Assembly: GCA_051532035.1 (NCBI GenBank)
Contig: JAOPTW010000011.1
Span: 1 to 64,000 of the forward strand
From: Fibrobacterales bacterium
GTDB taxonomy: Bacteria > Fibrobacterota > Fibrobacteria > Fibrobacterales > JAOPTW01
DNA: 64,000 nucleotides
Direction of reading: 5' to 3'
In this document: positions 9,926-20,423 of the stretch, piece by piece
Layout of the letters: each line of letters opens with the position of its first letter
Position numbering within the stretch: position 1 is the stretch's first letter
Translations under genes and position numbers: made by a program
The notes under the pieces: model-generated
Seen by the model: only the letters and a program-made list of their open reading frames with translations
Databases searched by the model: none
What the model was told of the DNA's origin: nothing

Positions 9926-11476
9926 CTATTCACTCCGATCAACATTAAATACATTGTTATAGCTATATATTCCCCATTCGACTGCGGTGAAACCTGTACG
10001 CTCAAAAGGTGCAATAGTAGGTGCAGGAATTTCTTTATAGAAATCAACCAGTTCGACATAGAGAAAGACTCTGAGTAGTGCATCTGGCGTAGGAGTAACG
10101 TGGAGGGTGTTATATTCTTCGAGATCTTCCATGTAGAATGCAAAAAATGGAGTGTCGTTACGTTTATCAAAATAGGGGGTCCAAAAATCCATGAAATCCT
10201 CAATCTCTGCTTCGTTGAGGTTGAGGTTTTCCAATATTTGCGGTACCTTGGCTTTGTATTCGTCAAAGGAAACGAGCCAACCTTCTGATCTGTCAGGACG
10301 TTTATCGGCAGCAAAGTCATAGAAGAGGAAGTCATAAGTGTCATCGAGCCTCCCCTCTGGTGTCGCTCTGACCTTCCATCCTCTGTTATACGTTGGGATC
10401 GATTTAATAATTTGTGCATTACGATTAAAGGTCATTGATATCTCAATATCTTGGGTGGTTTCTGGGTAGAGGTAAATATAGGGGGCATCTGCCATGACCA
10501 TATTTTCAATAAAACGAATATCCATGTATTCATTTGACTCAGGGGTTATTGTTGCATCAAGGTAGGAGTCTTTCATCCAAAATTCGGGATAGTTTTCTCC
10601 TAGAACTTTTAGTGAATCAAGGGTATTTGTTGAATTGAACCAATAGCGACCAAGTGAATTTGATTGAATAGTATCTTTTGTGTCGTTATCAAATGATGCC
10701 TCAAGATAGAGCTGTTTTCCATAACAGTAGCGCTGGCTCCAGTTGGCTTTTGCTATAGTGACTCCTGCATAGTGGTTTGTGTCATCATTATATGGGGTTG
10801 CATTCAATATATCAAGATCAATGGTAATACTTTTATATTCATTCATATAGTAGATTGTAGTGTAGTGATTCGGGGAGGAGGCTATAACGGTTAATTCTAA
10901 GGGCATGGGGTCATTATTTTCTTCAGGCGGTCCGATTGTGTCGTTGTTCCATTCGGGGTTTGGTTGTGAAACTAATTGAGTCATTGAGCTTTTGGTGAGG
11001 ATGTTTTCTGTTTTCCCCAAAAACCATTCACCCTCTTCTTGTATAGTGTATGACCCGAATGCTTTACCAGTTTGAGTGTACACCTCAATTTTAATTGGTA
11101 TTGTTTCATAGCTTGCTGAGCTTGTAGAGCAGCTTACGCGTTTACTTGCAAATTTGCTAGAAGCACCACATGATGTGTGAATTTCATAATTAGAACTCTC
11201 TTCACTGCTCTGGGGCGAACTTTCACTGGAGCTCTCTTCATCTGATGACTCATCAGAACTTTCATCTTGAGGCAACTCTGATGAGCTCTGCTGCTCCAAA
11301 AATTCAGATGAGCTTTGAGCAAATGAAGATTCGGGTAGAGAGCTTTCTGTTGCTATTGAACTGGTTGTCACCTCTTCAGATGAAGAATCGCTTTGCGATG
11401 CGTCTTGATTGGTAGTAGAGATGCATTGGGTAAATACCAATGGAATGGCAAGTATTAGAAAATAGAACTGTTTCAT
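9926..11476 (-). CDS. Lipoprotein with Ser-rich linker and C-terminal 'KPVIYLYP'-type domain of unknown function
   Basis: Signal peptide with Cys (FTQC), poly-S/E linker, APYIYLYP...GWKVRATPEG...FTAVEWG. Confidence 0.7.
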   Translation of the reverse strand: MKQFYFLILAIPLVFTQCISTTNQDASQSDSSSEEVTTSSIATESSLPESSFAQSSSEFLEQQSSSELPQDESSDESSDEESSSESSPQSSEESSNYEIHTSCGASSKFASKRVSCSTSSASYETIPIKIEVYTQTGKAFGSYTIQEEGEWFLGKTENILTKSSMTQLVSQPNPEWNNDTIGPPEENNDPMPLELTVIASSPNHYTTIYYMNEYKSITIDLDILNATPYNDDTNHYAGVTIAKANWSQRYCYGKQLYLEASFDNDTKDTIQSNSLGRYWFNSTNTLDSLKVLGENYPEFWMKDSYLDATITPESNEYMDIRFIENMVMADAPYIYLYPETTQDIEISMTFNRNAQIIKSIPTYNRGWKVRATPEGRLDDTYDFLFYDFAADKRPDRSEGWLVSFDEYKAKVPQILENLNLNEAEIEDFMDFWTPYFDKRNDTPFFAFYMEDLEEYNTLHVTPTPDALLRVFLYVELVDFYKEIPAPTIAPFERTGFTAVEWGIYSYNNVFNVDRSE

Positions 11477-11730
11477 AGAGGTTCCCTTTAAGTTGTTATT
11501 TAAAAGATAGGGATGTTATCTATGGTTAATGAATCTATTGTGAGGTGGTTTTGTAAAAGTGCTCCTCATTTGTGAGCACATAGCGTTGGTATGATATTGA
11601 GACAGTTGTTCAAAAAAAAGAGGGGAACGGTAAATGAAAAGTGATTGTATTGGGGTTGGTCGTAGGAGGATTTACTACAGTAGCCTATCTAATTATCGCA
11701 AATTAAATGAATAAATGAAATGTATAGACG

Positions 11731-11760
11731 CAAAAAAAAGCAGCTCTAAAAGAGCTGCTT
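11731..11760 (-). terminator. Rho-independent terminator of cold-shock gene
   Basis: AAGCAGCTCT-AAA-AGAGCTGCTT stem with an A8 run. Confidence 0.8.
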
Positions 11761-11786
11761 CTAAATCTAGCGGTCTAAAAAGCTTA

Positions 11787-11993
11787 TTAAGCTTCTAGTA
11801 CGTTAGTTGCACATGGTCCTTTTTGACCTTGTCCAACTTCGTATTCAACTGCTTGTCCGTCATTGAGAGACACGTGTCCACTCTGACCTTTAACTTCTGA
11901 GAAGTGAACAAATAGATCGTTTCCACCATCATCTGGAGCGATGAATCCGAAACCTTTTTCTGAATTGAACCACTTAACTGTACCTTTACTCAT
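11787..11993 (-). CDS. Cold-shock protein (CspA family)
   Basis: [15 protein letters not shown] (RNP1), LFVHFS (RNP2), GQKGP. Confidence 0.97.
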   Translation of the reverse strand: MSKGTVKWFNSEKGFGFIAPDDGGNDLFVHFSEVKGQSGHVSLNDGQAVEYEVGQGQKGPCATNVLEA

Positions 11994-12311
11994 ATTACCT
12001 TCTTGAAACTTTTAGTGAATACTTGTGTATCACCGCCATTGCTTCACTATTAACAATGATGGATTAAAATTCTTACTTTTGTATATCAAGAGATGTAACA
12101 ATGAGTAACTGAATTTTTGTATGTCAATAAATATACAAAAGAATTAGGGATTCACAGGCTTTATTGTTGGGGTTTTTGTAAAAAATGGAAAAAACTTGAT
12201 TTTTTTGAGGAGCAAGCAGGAAATAAGAGTAAATGAGTGACTTTATATGGTAAGAGAGAGGTTTGAAATGAGTTATACGAGCTGTTGATTTATTACTATT
12301 GAGGGTGTCTC

Positions 12312-12722
12312 TTAATAATCAACCCGTCCACGCATTCCTTTGGTTTGGCTGCGCTCAGTTTTTTTATCCATTCTGCGCTGCTTAGAACCGTAGGTTGCTT
12401 TTGTTGGTCTCCGATTCTTTGGGGTGACCATGACCGATGCAATGAGTTCTTTAAGACGGAGCATTGCTTCATCTCGGTTTTTCTCTTGTGTTCGATACTG
12501 CTGAGACTTTATGATAATGCTACCGGTTTTGGTAATGCGGCTATCGGAGAGCTTGAGTAACCTCTGTTTAAAGAGCTCGGGGAGTTTTGATCGGCGAATA
12601 TCAAAGCGGAGGTGAATAGCGCTCGCAACTTTATTCACATTTTGACCACCCGATCCTTGTGATCGGATTGCAGTGATTTCGACCTCCCAGTCGGCGATTT
12701 CTATTGAGTTATGGTTCGTCAT
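12312..12722 (-). CDS. arfB: Alternative ribosome rescue factor ArfB (peptidyl-tRNA hydrolase)
   Basis: RSQGSGGQNVNKV GGQ motif, RTQEKNR, basic C-terminal tail RRPTK. Confidence 0.95.
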   Translation of the reverse strand: MTNHNSIEIADWEVEITAIRSQGSGGQNVNKVASAIHLRFDIRRSKLPELFKQRLLKLSDSRITKTGSIIIKSQQYRTQEKNRDEAMLRLKELIASVMVTPKNRRPTKATYGSKQRRMDKKTERSQTKGMRGRVDY

Positions 12723-12896
12723 ATATTTAAAATATAGTTATTGAGATCTGAGTTGTACTTACTATTGTATCGATAGGAGGCGTTTTGAAATGGGGGAGTG
12801 TAACCCATTCTTTTACAGAGATATACCTGAATTCAGGTATATGCGCTTACTTTAAGTAAAGCTATATTTTATGAGTACTCAGTGATTTGGAACACC

Positions 12897-13229
12897 ATGA
12901 CCTATATCGATAACAAATTTTACCAATCAGTTTTATGCGCACTCTTTAACTGCGCTCCTGGTGAGGACCCTTTTGGTATTGCTTTGGAAGAGGTGAGTCT
13001 GAGTGCCGAAAAGGGTGAGTTACATAATTTTCGGTTTGGTATGGCCGCAGCGCTTAAGCGTATGGCGCATTTACTTAAAGGTGATAAGAATCTTGAGGGA
13101 GATTATGCTATGTCACTCATTTATGCACGTGAAGTTATCTCAAATAATGCAATCTCTTATGAAAGGCTCCATCAAATTCTTATGATTATGGGGCCCGTCT
13201 CCAGTAAAATAGAGCATGAAGTGGCATAG
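12897..13229 (+). CDS. Hypothetical protein
   Basis: 110-aa ORF in an otherwise empty interval, followed by the hairpin GCATAGGTTTT...AAAACCTATGC (13224-13249). Confidence 0.55.
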   Translation: MTYIDNKFYQSVLCALFNCAPGEDPFGIALEEVSLSAEKGELHNFRFGMAAALKRMAHLLKGDKNLEGDYAMSLIYAREVISNNAISYERLHQILMIMGPVSSKIEHEVA

Positions 13230-13329
13230 GTTTTATCAAAAACCTATGCATTAATTTTTATTACTTTTTTAATTCCCGCGTTGTCATACAGCGTAAGTTA
13301 TCAACATTGGTTATCGATCTCTTGCGTCA

Positions 13330-14451
13330 TTATGTTGCCTCAGAAAAGAGTTCTGAAATTGAAGGTGCTCTCTCTGATTGAGGGGCGTTACGCAACGGGC
13401 TTTTCATGTGAGCTACAATAACAGCTTTGATCCATTCACCGTCGTGACGATTAAAGAGTAGCGCACTTCGGATAGGGGCAAATACCTTGGGGCCTGCAGG
13501 GAGTGTATCGTTTGTCGTGTCGCGTGTGGTTACTCTGAGGACCACATGTTTTGCACTTTTTTCTGACTCAATTCCTTCAACTGAAACACCCAAAATATCT
13601 CTGTAGGGAATAGTGTATTTGTATTGTGTGAGAGGTGAGAGGAGCGAATGGCCTGAAATGTCGGTTGAGGAAAGAGTGAGTTGTAATTGATATCTTTTAA
13701 GGTATAGGAGCCCCGTAAGAGGGAGTGCGCTAAAAATAATCGCTATAGGACCGGCGATAAATGAACCCAAGAGGAATGCTGCGGCAAAGGCAATAAAGAA
13801 AATATGAATCCGTTTCCAATAGTGATTAGTAAGAGTAATGGTGTCAGATGTTGTAGTTTTAGTAAAGGTACTTTGAGGAAAGTAACAAGATTTTGGCTCA
13901 ATATTTTGTGTAGACGGTGTTTCCTTCCAGTCAATAACGGGGAGGGTAAGCTCCTTGCTGATTTCATTGAGGAGTGTATCATCGGGATCGTTTTGTTCTA
14001 TAAGGAGTTCAAGATCATCATTTGCACTATGAGCATGTTTGATACTGTAGGTGGATTTATATTTGGTTACAGTATGCACTGTACCGTCTTTACTCCGTTT
14101 TTGGGTAGAACTTCGTTCAGACTTTTTTACTGCGACTCCCCAGAACTCATTAAGAGTGTAACTCTTTGTTGAGAGCGGGATACCGATGAGCTTTTTCCTA
14201 GCGGTGATTACTCCATTAATACAGGTAACCCTCTGACGACCGTAGAGGTCAAAGAGAAGAAGGGCGCCTGGGGCTCCACCCATTATGAGTGAAAAGAGTA
14301 AAAAGATTAGGTACCCTAAAGGGTCAATAGGTGCGGTATCTGATGTGTGTGCCATAACAAAAAAAATACCGAGAATGATAAGAGGAAAAACCGGTAGGAT
14401 AAATCGTGCAGGCCCGAGATCCATGAGTCTCCGTATATAGGTGCTATTCAT
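13330..14451 (-). CDS. Hypothetical membrane protein (two TM-hairpin plus soluble-domain units)
   Basis: 373-aa ORF with GAGG RBS and two pairs of hydrophobic segments. Confidence 0.7.
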   Translation of the reverse strand: MNSTYIRRLMDLGPARFILPVFPLIILGIFFVMAHTSDTAPIDPLGYLIFLLFSLIMGGAPGALLLFDLYGRQRVTCINGVITARKKLIGIPLSTKSYTLNEFWGVAVKKSERSSTQKRSKDGTVHTVTKYKSTYSIKHAHSANDDLELLIEQNDPDDTLLNEISKELTLPVIDWKETPSTQNIEPKSCYFPQSTFTKTTTSDTITLTNHYWKRIHIFFIAFAAAFLLGSFIAGPIAIIFSALPLTGLLYLKRYQLQLTLSSTDISGHSLLSPLTQYKYTIPYRDILGVSVEGIESEKSAKHVVLRVTTRDTTNDTLPAGPKVFAPIRSALLFNRHDGEWIKAVIVAHMKSPLRNAPQSERAPSISELFSEAT

Positions 14452-14524
14452 AAGTGCCTCTTAAGAAAAATACTTTGTTAAATATAACATTCGAAGAGGC
14501 AGGTAAGGCGGGCTTTATTTTCTC

Positions 14525-16264
14525 TTATCGCCCCGCAGCCCACTCAATGCCTGCAATAATATGCGCCCTCCAAATGGGGTCATCGATGGTCCATTTGTTG
14601 TGGCCCGCACCAATATACCACATTCGCCCTTGACGCAGTGTATGTCGCCACGATACAGGGTGGCCCGTATCAAAATCCGTATGGCCCACATTGGCGGTAG
14701 CACTTGTTAGAATCTCAATAGCGTCATCGGGGAGATTGTCGTAGCTGACTCCACGTGGGTCACGAGACATTTGATAAAATTCATCATCCCAGACAAGAGT
14801 GTCATGAATCATCACGGTGAGATCATTCGTTACATCCTTGTGGATATCAGCTGGGCCATTTACCACCTTTTCAAATACTTTATCACCTCCAAGGCTTATT
14901 TCACGGGCGCCAAGAAGAGTGTCGACAAACCATACCCATGCATGATCCCAGTAGGTTGGTCCCCAACTGCTCCAAGCAGCTCCATGAAACCCAGCAAACC
15001 CACCACCGTTGTGAATATACTCTTCAAATACTTTCTGCTCCTCTAAGGTGAGGAGTGTATCATCGGCACAGTTGTTATTCCAGAGGATGAGGTCAAAGGT
15101 GTCGAGCCCACCGGGAACAAACAATTCACTCTCATTAGTGACCGTAACATTCCAAGGGCGATAGTTAGATATCTCCTCAATGGCAGAAACCATATTGTCT
15201 ATTGCATCGTGACGAAAGCCGGCTATTTTATTGAAAACCAAGAGACTGATTGGTTCAATGGAAATGTCTTGTATCTCAATATCTTTAAAGCGAATAAGCA
15301 TCTGGTCACTTGTGTGTATTTGAAGAGCTATGTGGCCGGTCGTGCCAACGCCAAGGTTTGTGTGGTTTGCATCATCGAATATCCCCCCACCATTATAGTT
15401 GGTAATGGTATCACCATTTTGAATCGTGATGATGTGGAGCCCTTTCACAATAACCTCTAAATTGTTCCACGCCGGTGTTTCATCACTCCAATATATTGTT
15501 CTGTCTGTAGAATCAAAACTGAGCCATTTCTGGTTGTTTCTCGTTTCGTCCCAAATACTGCCGTTTCTGCCGGTAAATCCAACGTCTATTTGTGGTCCAT
15601 TGAGCCAACCACCTGTGTCATCGTAGTCGTATCGACTGCGCACTTGTATACCGCTATTGGCATAGCTGCCTCGATCACCTTGGAATTTTAGTTTCAAGTG
15701 AAAGTCTGTATACTCTTTTTCGCTGTACAGCCAGACATAGTCATGGTTGGTGTCGTAGGCGTTGGCAACTATGACACCATCTTCGACTGTGAAGTAGTTT
15801 TTATCCAAATCTTCAGAATGTGCCTTTATTATCCAATTTGTCAAATCTACTCCGTTAAAAAGTGATTGCCATAGGGGGTTGAGTTCCGCACTACTGAGTG
15901 ATGTGCTACTACTATTGAGTACTTCTGATGAACTACTTGCATCTATTTCGGAACTCAGCATACTCGAGTAGGATGTATTATTTACAGAAGAATAGAGTGA
16001 ATCAGCGGGTGAACTTAGGTTTGACGATAAAGACGATGAGGTATTCTCTTGGATTGAAAATACTTCTTCTATTGAGCTTGTCTGTTTTGTACTTGAGAGA
16101 GTGAGAGAGCTTTGTTCTTCGGATAAATTATACGAGGATTGATTGATAGATTCTGAGCTAGAATCATTTTGACTTTCTTTTTCTGGCGGTAGATTGGTGC
16201 TGCATGCTACAGTAAGAATTAGAGGTATAACTAAAAAGAGAGATTTTTTTTGGATAATACTCAT
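14525..16264 (-). CDS. Lipoprotein with DUF1080 (3-keto-disaccharide hydrolase-like) and ThuA-like domains
   Basis: Lipobox TVAC and Ser linker. DUF1080 motifs SLFNGVDLTNW...NSGIQVR...GHIALQIH; ThuA motifs GFRHDAI...GGGFAGFHGA...GRMWYIGAGH. Confidence 0.85.
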   Translation of the reverse strand: MSIIQKKSLFLVIPLILTVACSTNLPPEKESQNDSSSESINQSSYNLSEEQSSLTLSSTKQTSSIEEVFSIQENTSSSLSSNLSSPADSLYSSVNNTSYSSMLSSEIDASSSSEVLNSSSTSLSSAELNPLWQSLFNGVDLTNWIIKAHSEDLDKNYFTVEDGVIVANAYDTNHDYVWLYSEKEYTDFHLKLKFQGDRGSYANSGIQVRSRYDYDDTGGWLNGPQIDVGFTGRNGSIWDETRNNQKWLSFDSTDRTIYWSDETPAWNNLEVIVKGLHIITIQNGDTITNYNGGGIFDDANHTNLGVGTTGHIALQIHTSDQMLIRFKDIEIQDISIEPISLLVFNKIAGFRHDAIDNMVSAIEEISNYRPWNVTVTNESELFVPGGLDTFDLILWNNNCADDTLLTLEEQKVFEEYIHNGGGFAGFHGAAWSSWGPTYWDHAWVWFVDTLLGAREISLGGDKVFEKVVNGPADIHKDVTNDLTVMIHDTLVWDDEFYQMSRDPRGVSYDNLPDDAIEILTSATANVGHTDFDTGHPVSWRHTLRQGRMWYIGAGHNKWTIDDPIWRAHIIAGIEWAAGR

Positions 16265-16419
16265 TGTGTGCCCATCTGCTTGTATTTATAGTAAATCTAA
16301 TAAATGGATGATACTCGTAAATAGATTGACTTCAGGTTTCACAACTATGGATGCACAAGTGTTGATTCTAGAGGCTCAATGGGATCAACACTTAATGAGG
16401 GTGCTTATCCTGGCCTGAA

Positions 16420-16962
16420 TTAATAGCCCAATAGACTAACAGACATACTCACCCCTGAATAGATCTGGTGTTTGGGGCTGAGCTCCCCTGATTTTATGTA
16501 TCCAAGTAATCCATTGATTTCAAAAGAAAAGTGAGATACCAGCTCTCTCCCAAAGCCACAGTTAATGGCAAGCCCGTAATTTGGGTTTTTAGGTGTTGTT
16601 CCTTTAACGATATAGCTGTCATAACTCTCGCGGAGGGGGCCGAGACCTACAAACCAGAAGTTTGATTGCGTCTCTTCGTTAAACCACTGCTGATAGTTAA
16701 TTCCAGTATATCCAAAAGTTGTTTCTATTACCGCTCCATATAGAAGTATTGCTTTGGTATTGCTCCATGCGTAGCCAATTCTTGAAGGGATGTAGGTATG
16801 GGTATAGGTGGAACGTTCATGCTCTTTGTCTTGAACATCAAGAATCCTTAATGTATTGTGAGATACACCGGCGCCGATACCAATTAAGAGGCCTTGACGT
16901 TCACCATCAAATGCAAAGGGAGTAGTAAACATGAAAGTCAAAATGAGTAGCAAGGGTTTCAA
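16420..16962 (-). CDS. Hypothetical outer-membrane beta-barrel-like protein
   Basis: Likely TTG start at 16962 after AGGA; signal peptide, alternating beta-strand pattern, terminal Tyr. Confidence 0.55.
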   Translation of the reverse strand: MKPLLLILTFMFTTPFAFDGERQGLLIGIGAGVSHNTLRILDVQDKEHERSTYTHTYIPSRIGYAWSNTKAILLYGAVIETTFGYTGINYQQWFNEETQSNFWFVGLGPLRESYDSYIVKGTTPKNPNYGLAINCGFGRELVSHFSFEINGLLGYIKSGELSPKHQIYSGVSMSVSLLGY

Positions 16963-17235
16963 AATAATGTTTCCTAAAGAATTGTTAGGAAATATAACAT
17001 AGCAATTACTTACAGAGACTGATTCTAATATAACTTGTTGTATAATTTTACCTATAGCAGTTCCCTTGTGGGCTGTGGTACAGGTTTGAAATTGATTGAT
17101 GAGATAATAATGAGCATGCCTAATGGGGGGCATTTTTTATTTTTTAATGTATTGAATGTACTTTGGACCTTTCTAGAAAAGTTAAGGTTCTATCTTTAAA
17201 ATTCGACTGTTCGATTATATAAAGGAGTAACACTT

Positions 17236-17661
17236 ATGCTTATCGTCATATCAATTGGGCTTACTACAGTATTGAGTATCGTTGTATGCATCCACGTATA
17301 CTGGGCATTTGGTGGTAAATGGGCCATTGATTCTGCGATACCATCTAAAAATGGAGAGCCCCTCTTTAAACCAGGATTTGGTGGAACGCTTTTTGTCGCA
17401 CTGATGCTCATTGTAATTTCAACAGCACTGTTAATACAGATAAGGATTTTTTCTATAGCACAAATAGAGAAAGGCTACGTGACTTATTTTTTAATGGCAA
17501 TTGGAATCGTCTTTATTGTTCGAGCAATAGGTGATTTTCGCTATGTCGGAGTCTTTAAAAAAGTAACTGATAGTTCGTTTGCGTATTGGGATTCACGACT
17601 CTTTTCACCCGCCTTTTTAATGATGGGTATTTTGATCGGGCTTGTTGGTTGCTTTGGGTGA
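17236..17661 (+). CDS. DUF3995-family membrane protein
   Basis: IHVYWAFGG...AIP, RAIGDFRYVG, FAYWDSRLFSP. AGGAG RBS. Confidence 0.8.
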   Translation: MLIVISIGLTTVLSIVVCIHVYWAFGGKWAIDSAIPSKNGEPLFKPGFGGTLFVALMLIVISTALLIQIRIFSIAQIEKGYVTYFLMAIGIVFIVRAIGDFRYVGVFKKVTDSSFAYWDSRLFSPAFLMMGILIGLVGCFG

Positions 17662-17842
17662 TTGCACTTGTAGCGTTATTATTTAACAAGATACAATAGA
17701 CGAAAGGCTTACCGTTACCTGTAATTTCTAAAAATTTACTATCCCCTCCAAATAAAAAAACTATATTAGCCGCGGGGCTGAATTCACATTTTTTGAATTG
17801 GTTATTGTTAATATACCGTTACACACGGTATCTGGGGAAAGT

Positions 17843-20224
17843 ATGACTTGTTTTCGAGGCTTGTGCCTTTTAATTTTTTCTACGGCATCAGTTTTTGCCG
17901 ATTTTACTATAGTTTCGCAACCTGATATACCAAATCTTAGCTGGTCTCCTGAAAGCCTGCAGGCTAATAGCGTGTTGCACTCTATTGTTGATTTCAAAGA
18001 TCCACTCAATGTGCAGTTTGTCGTTTCTCTTGGTGACTATACTGGTGGAGGGGTTGATTCTACGAGCTCTCACGAAAGTTGGACTACAGCACGTCAATTT
18101 GTTGATACGCTGATGAGTGCCAATATACCGTATGCCGTTACTGTTGGTAATCATGATATGGATCATATCCCTGCTATGGAAACACCGCTTCCTTTTGAAC
18201 GGTTTGATGAGTATTTTCCCGTCGCTGACTTTGAAACAAAACCCTATTTTGGTGGCTCTTTTAAAAATATGGCTAATAGCTATTACCTTTTTACTGCCGA
18301 TAGTATGGACTTTATCATTGTATCATTGCAAAATTATCATGAAAGTGCTTTTGATCAGAGCGTTGCAGTGTGGGCAAATGGGGTATTGAAGGAGCATGCC
18401 CATAGGAGAGCAATTGTACTTACGCACTACCTTGAGGCGGGGAATAGCTATATGTCTCAAGTTATAGAAAAGCATGATAATATCTTTTTAACTTTGACGG
18501 GGCATCACTGTACAGAAAATAAGAAAGCCCTCTGGGCTGCAGCAACCCCTTCGGGTAATCCTATTTATAATATTCGAGCTCAATATCAGTGTGATGAAAA
18601 TATAGAGGGTGTTCCACTCCGTTATTACACCTTTAAACCAGATGAGAACAAAATAGATGTGTACACCTATACTACAAAAGATTCATTGGTGTTGACCGAT
18701 TCTGATTATCGTTTTGCAATTGAGTACGATATGACGGTGAAAAGCAAACCTATTATCGCAGAGGTAACTCGGTATCCGCAATTGCCCGAAAGGGATAGTA
18801 TTATTGAGATTACTGCATTGGTATCTGGTAATATAGATAGTGCCACTGCTACAATCCATTGGGGGAGAAAATCAGGTGATTTAGGCCAGACAGTACCTAT
18901 GGTACAAGTTGAGGATATTTTTACAGGTTCAATACCCGGGCTCCCGCTCGGTGTTACGCTCTATTATACTGTTGAAGCTGTTGATATGAATGGTGATATA
19001 GGGGTATCCGAGGAATTTAGTGTTACCGTCGAGCCCATTCAATATACTTGGAATTCGTGGGATATTCGAATTAATGAAAATGAGCCTGTAGGGGCTGTTG
19101 GCTCTGGAGAGAACAGGGCAACTGTTGAGTTTTATGAAAGTATTGATGATGATGGTGTAGTGTTTGCTTCTCCCTTAAAGGTATTCTATGGTGTCGATCA
19201 GCACTGGCAGTTTTTTAATAGGGTTCAAAAATTCTGGACACCTGGCGGTAGTTACCCTTATGTCGGGATTAGTCTTACGCCACGTCAAAATGATGAACCT
19301 AAACCTCATGGTGTGTTAGATTTTCAGATGCACCCAACAGAATTTAAGAACTTCTTGACGTGTTCATTTATTATACCCAAAGATGGTTTGTATGCAGTTA
19401 CTGACTTAGGGATTAAACGAGTACATGATGAGGGTGTTTCTGTATCGCTTTTATTTATGAATAGCCGAGGAAAGATGGTGTCTCGGATAAAATCAGAAAC
19501 TCAAGAGTGGTCATTTGATAATATGATACATACTATGGGCTTATTGGAGAAAGGGGATACACTCTATTTTACCGTAGATAGGGATGGTGACTTTGATTTT
19601 GATGCTGCTGAGGTAAGTTGGTCGATCCATTTCTTTGGTACCGAAGATGAGTATAATATGTTAAGTATCCAAAGTAGCAGTAGTACTGACAATCATAGCT
19701 CTGGTGGAGCCTTGAGTAGCAGTTCATTTGTAGTGGAATCAAGCACAATCTCCTCTTCAACTGAGCTGGCGAGTAGTACTGTGGTTAGTTCAGCTTTTGA
19801 GTATAGTAGTAATGAAGAACATTCAAGCGATGTAGAGAGTTCAAGTTATGATAGGGGTTCTAGTCTTGATGAAGCATCTAGTAATGAAGAGGAGTCAAGC
19901 TATGATGAGTATTCAAGTGATACATTCGATTCTGAAAGTAGTGATGCTCTCGTTAAGATTATTCATGAAAAAGAAGATACCGCTCCATTTCATATCACTT
20001 TTGCAACCTTTAGTGATCATTTTCACTACTCAGTAACAGATAAACTCCTACAGATACTTTCACCTGAAAACGTTCGTACACTTTTGATTGTTGGGGTAGA
20101 TGGCCAGGTGAAAACTCTGTACGGAGAACGTATTGATCTATCTCGATTCACGCCAGGAGTGCACTTTCTCATGGTCGAAACATCTGAAAATAGACGTTTT
20201 GTATACTCTTTTATCGTCTATTAA
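17843..20224 (+). CDS. Secreted calcineurin-like metallophosphoesterase with Ig/beta-sandwich domains, Ser-rich linker and T9SS-like C-terminal domain
   Basis: Motifs PD, LGD, GNHD, VLTH and TGHH. C-terminus IDLSRFTPGVHFLMV resembles a sorting domain. Start placed at ATG 17843. Confidence 0.75.
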   Translation: MTCFRGLCLLIFSTASVFADFTIVSQPDIPNLSWSPESLQANSVLHSIVDFKDPLNVQFVVSLGDYTGGGVDSTSSHESWTTARQFVDTLMSANIPYAVTVGNHDMDHIPAMETPLPFERFDEYFPVADFETKPYFGGSFKNMANSYYLFTADSMDFIIVSLQNYHESAFDQSVAVWANGVLKEHAHRRAIVLTHYLEAGNSYMSQVIEKHDNIFLTLTGHHCTENKKALWAAATPSGNPIYNIRAQYQCDENIEGVPLRYYTFKPDENKIDVYTYTTKDSLVLTDSDYRFAIEYDMTVKSKPIIAEVTRYPQLPERDSIIEITALVSGNIDSATATIHWGRKSGDLGQTVPMVQVEDIFTGSIPGLPLGVTLYYTVEAVDMNGDIGVSEEFSVTVEPIQYTWNSWDIRINENEPVGAVGSGENRATVEFYESIDDDGVVFASPLKVFYGVDQHWQFFNRVQKFWTPGGSYPYVGISLTPRQNDEPKPHGVLDFQMHPTEFKNFLTCSFIIPKDGLYAVTDLGIKRVHDEGVSVSLLFMNSRGKMVSRIKSETQEWSFDNMIHTMGLLEKGDTLYFTVDRDGDFDFDAAEVSWSIHFFGTEDEYNMLSIQSSSSTDNHSSGGALSSSSFVVESSTISSSTELASSTVVSSAFEYSSNEEHSSDVESSSYDRGSSLDEASSNEEESSYDEYSSDTFDSESSDALVKIIHEKEDTAPFHITFATFSDHFHYSVTDKLLQILSPENVRTLLIVGVDGQVKTLYGERIDLSRFTPGVHFLMVETSENRRFVYSFIVY

Positions 20225-20423
20225 TATAGAGAACCAGTGGGCCTCTTTGGTACAATAGCACGATTTTTCAATTCAGTGTTATTGTACCCTCTCAAGTGTC
20301 AAAAATCATAATAGAGGGTATATAAACCCTTAAAGACCTATCTTTGTCTTGTATAACATTGTCGAAAAAATTGTGTTACAATGTAATGAATATTGGTTGA
20401 TGCGTTGATAGAGGAGATGGTCT

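Noticed and set aside
9760..10419. 219-aa same-strand alternate-frame ORF
   Set aside because: Overlaps the conserved domain of the 9926-11476 gene, crosses its terminator and has no recognisable motifs.
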